A stretch of DNA of 63,537 bases, counting the filler, from Octopus bimaculoides (Eukaryota): assembly GCF_001194135.2 (NCBI RefSeq). It is 6 parts of 6 records of this genome, joined end to end, with 100 filler letters (N's around TTAATTAATTAA, not from the genome) between each part and the next. Parts side by side here need not be neighbours in the genome. Positions count along the whole stretch, not along the records: positions 59,693 to 63,537 come from NC_068990.1; 5 more parts are not named here. The stretch is one strand, 5' to 3'. Positions within the stretch are counted from its first letter, which is position 1. Every line of letters begins with the position of its first letter. Both the position numbers and the translations under genes were made by a program. This document shows positions 63,289-63,537 of this stretch, one piece after another. A model generated the notes under the pieces. The model was not told the origin of the DNA, did not search any database, and saw nothing but the letters and a program-made list of their open reading frames with translations.

Positions 63289-63537
63289 CATATATACATA
63301 CATACATACGTATGTATATATCTATATATATATATATATATATATACGTATCTATATATACACACACACACACACATTTATATTCACATACATACACATT
63401 TATATACACACATATCTTTACACACACACATATATATACATACGTTTATATATATATATATACATACGTACATATATATGTATATATACATATGTATATA
63501 TATATATGTATATACATATGTATATATATATATGTAT

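Overview
Eukaryotic genomic DNA, AT-rich, about 17-18% N gaps, very dense in microsatellites and SINEs. The repeat content looks like an octopus/coleoid cephalopod draft assembly (inference from repeat style, not proven). Main gene: 15 phase-consistent coding exons (26791-46332, + strand, 1144 nt, about 381 codons) of a PGAP1/Bst1 GPI inositol-deacylase, with the catalytic GHSMG, RDYQV and STDH motifs. Its first ~70 aa and its C-terminal half were not found in the window. Other coding candidates are a + strand terminal exon ending in a CaaX box (…KKPTSKNGTCRQQ*, 2804-2961, LKB1/STK11-like ending) and a weak two-exon orphan ORF on the - strand (11578-12537). Mobile DNA includes three tRNA-derived or tRNA-like SINE families, an RTE-type retroposon tail family, RTE/Jockey/R4-Dong LINE relics, a piggyBac transposase 3' end with TTAA+TIR, a mariner relic, hAT and Tc1/mariner MITEs with TSDs, and a Penelope GIY-YIG 3' end. 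The most unusual signal is five hammerhead-ribozyme-like motifs from about four unrelated repeat families; four have palindromic stem III and all carry at least one core defect. There are also several long hairpins or foldbacks, a LINE with twin-priming-like inversion geometry, and a minisatellite of TGACC half-sites beside a 21-nt microexon. No CRISPR, rRNA or true tRNA gene is supported. Nothing here proves a wholly new system; the ribozyme-bearing foldback repeat is the best lead.
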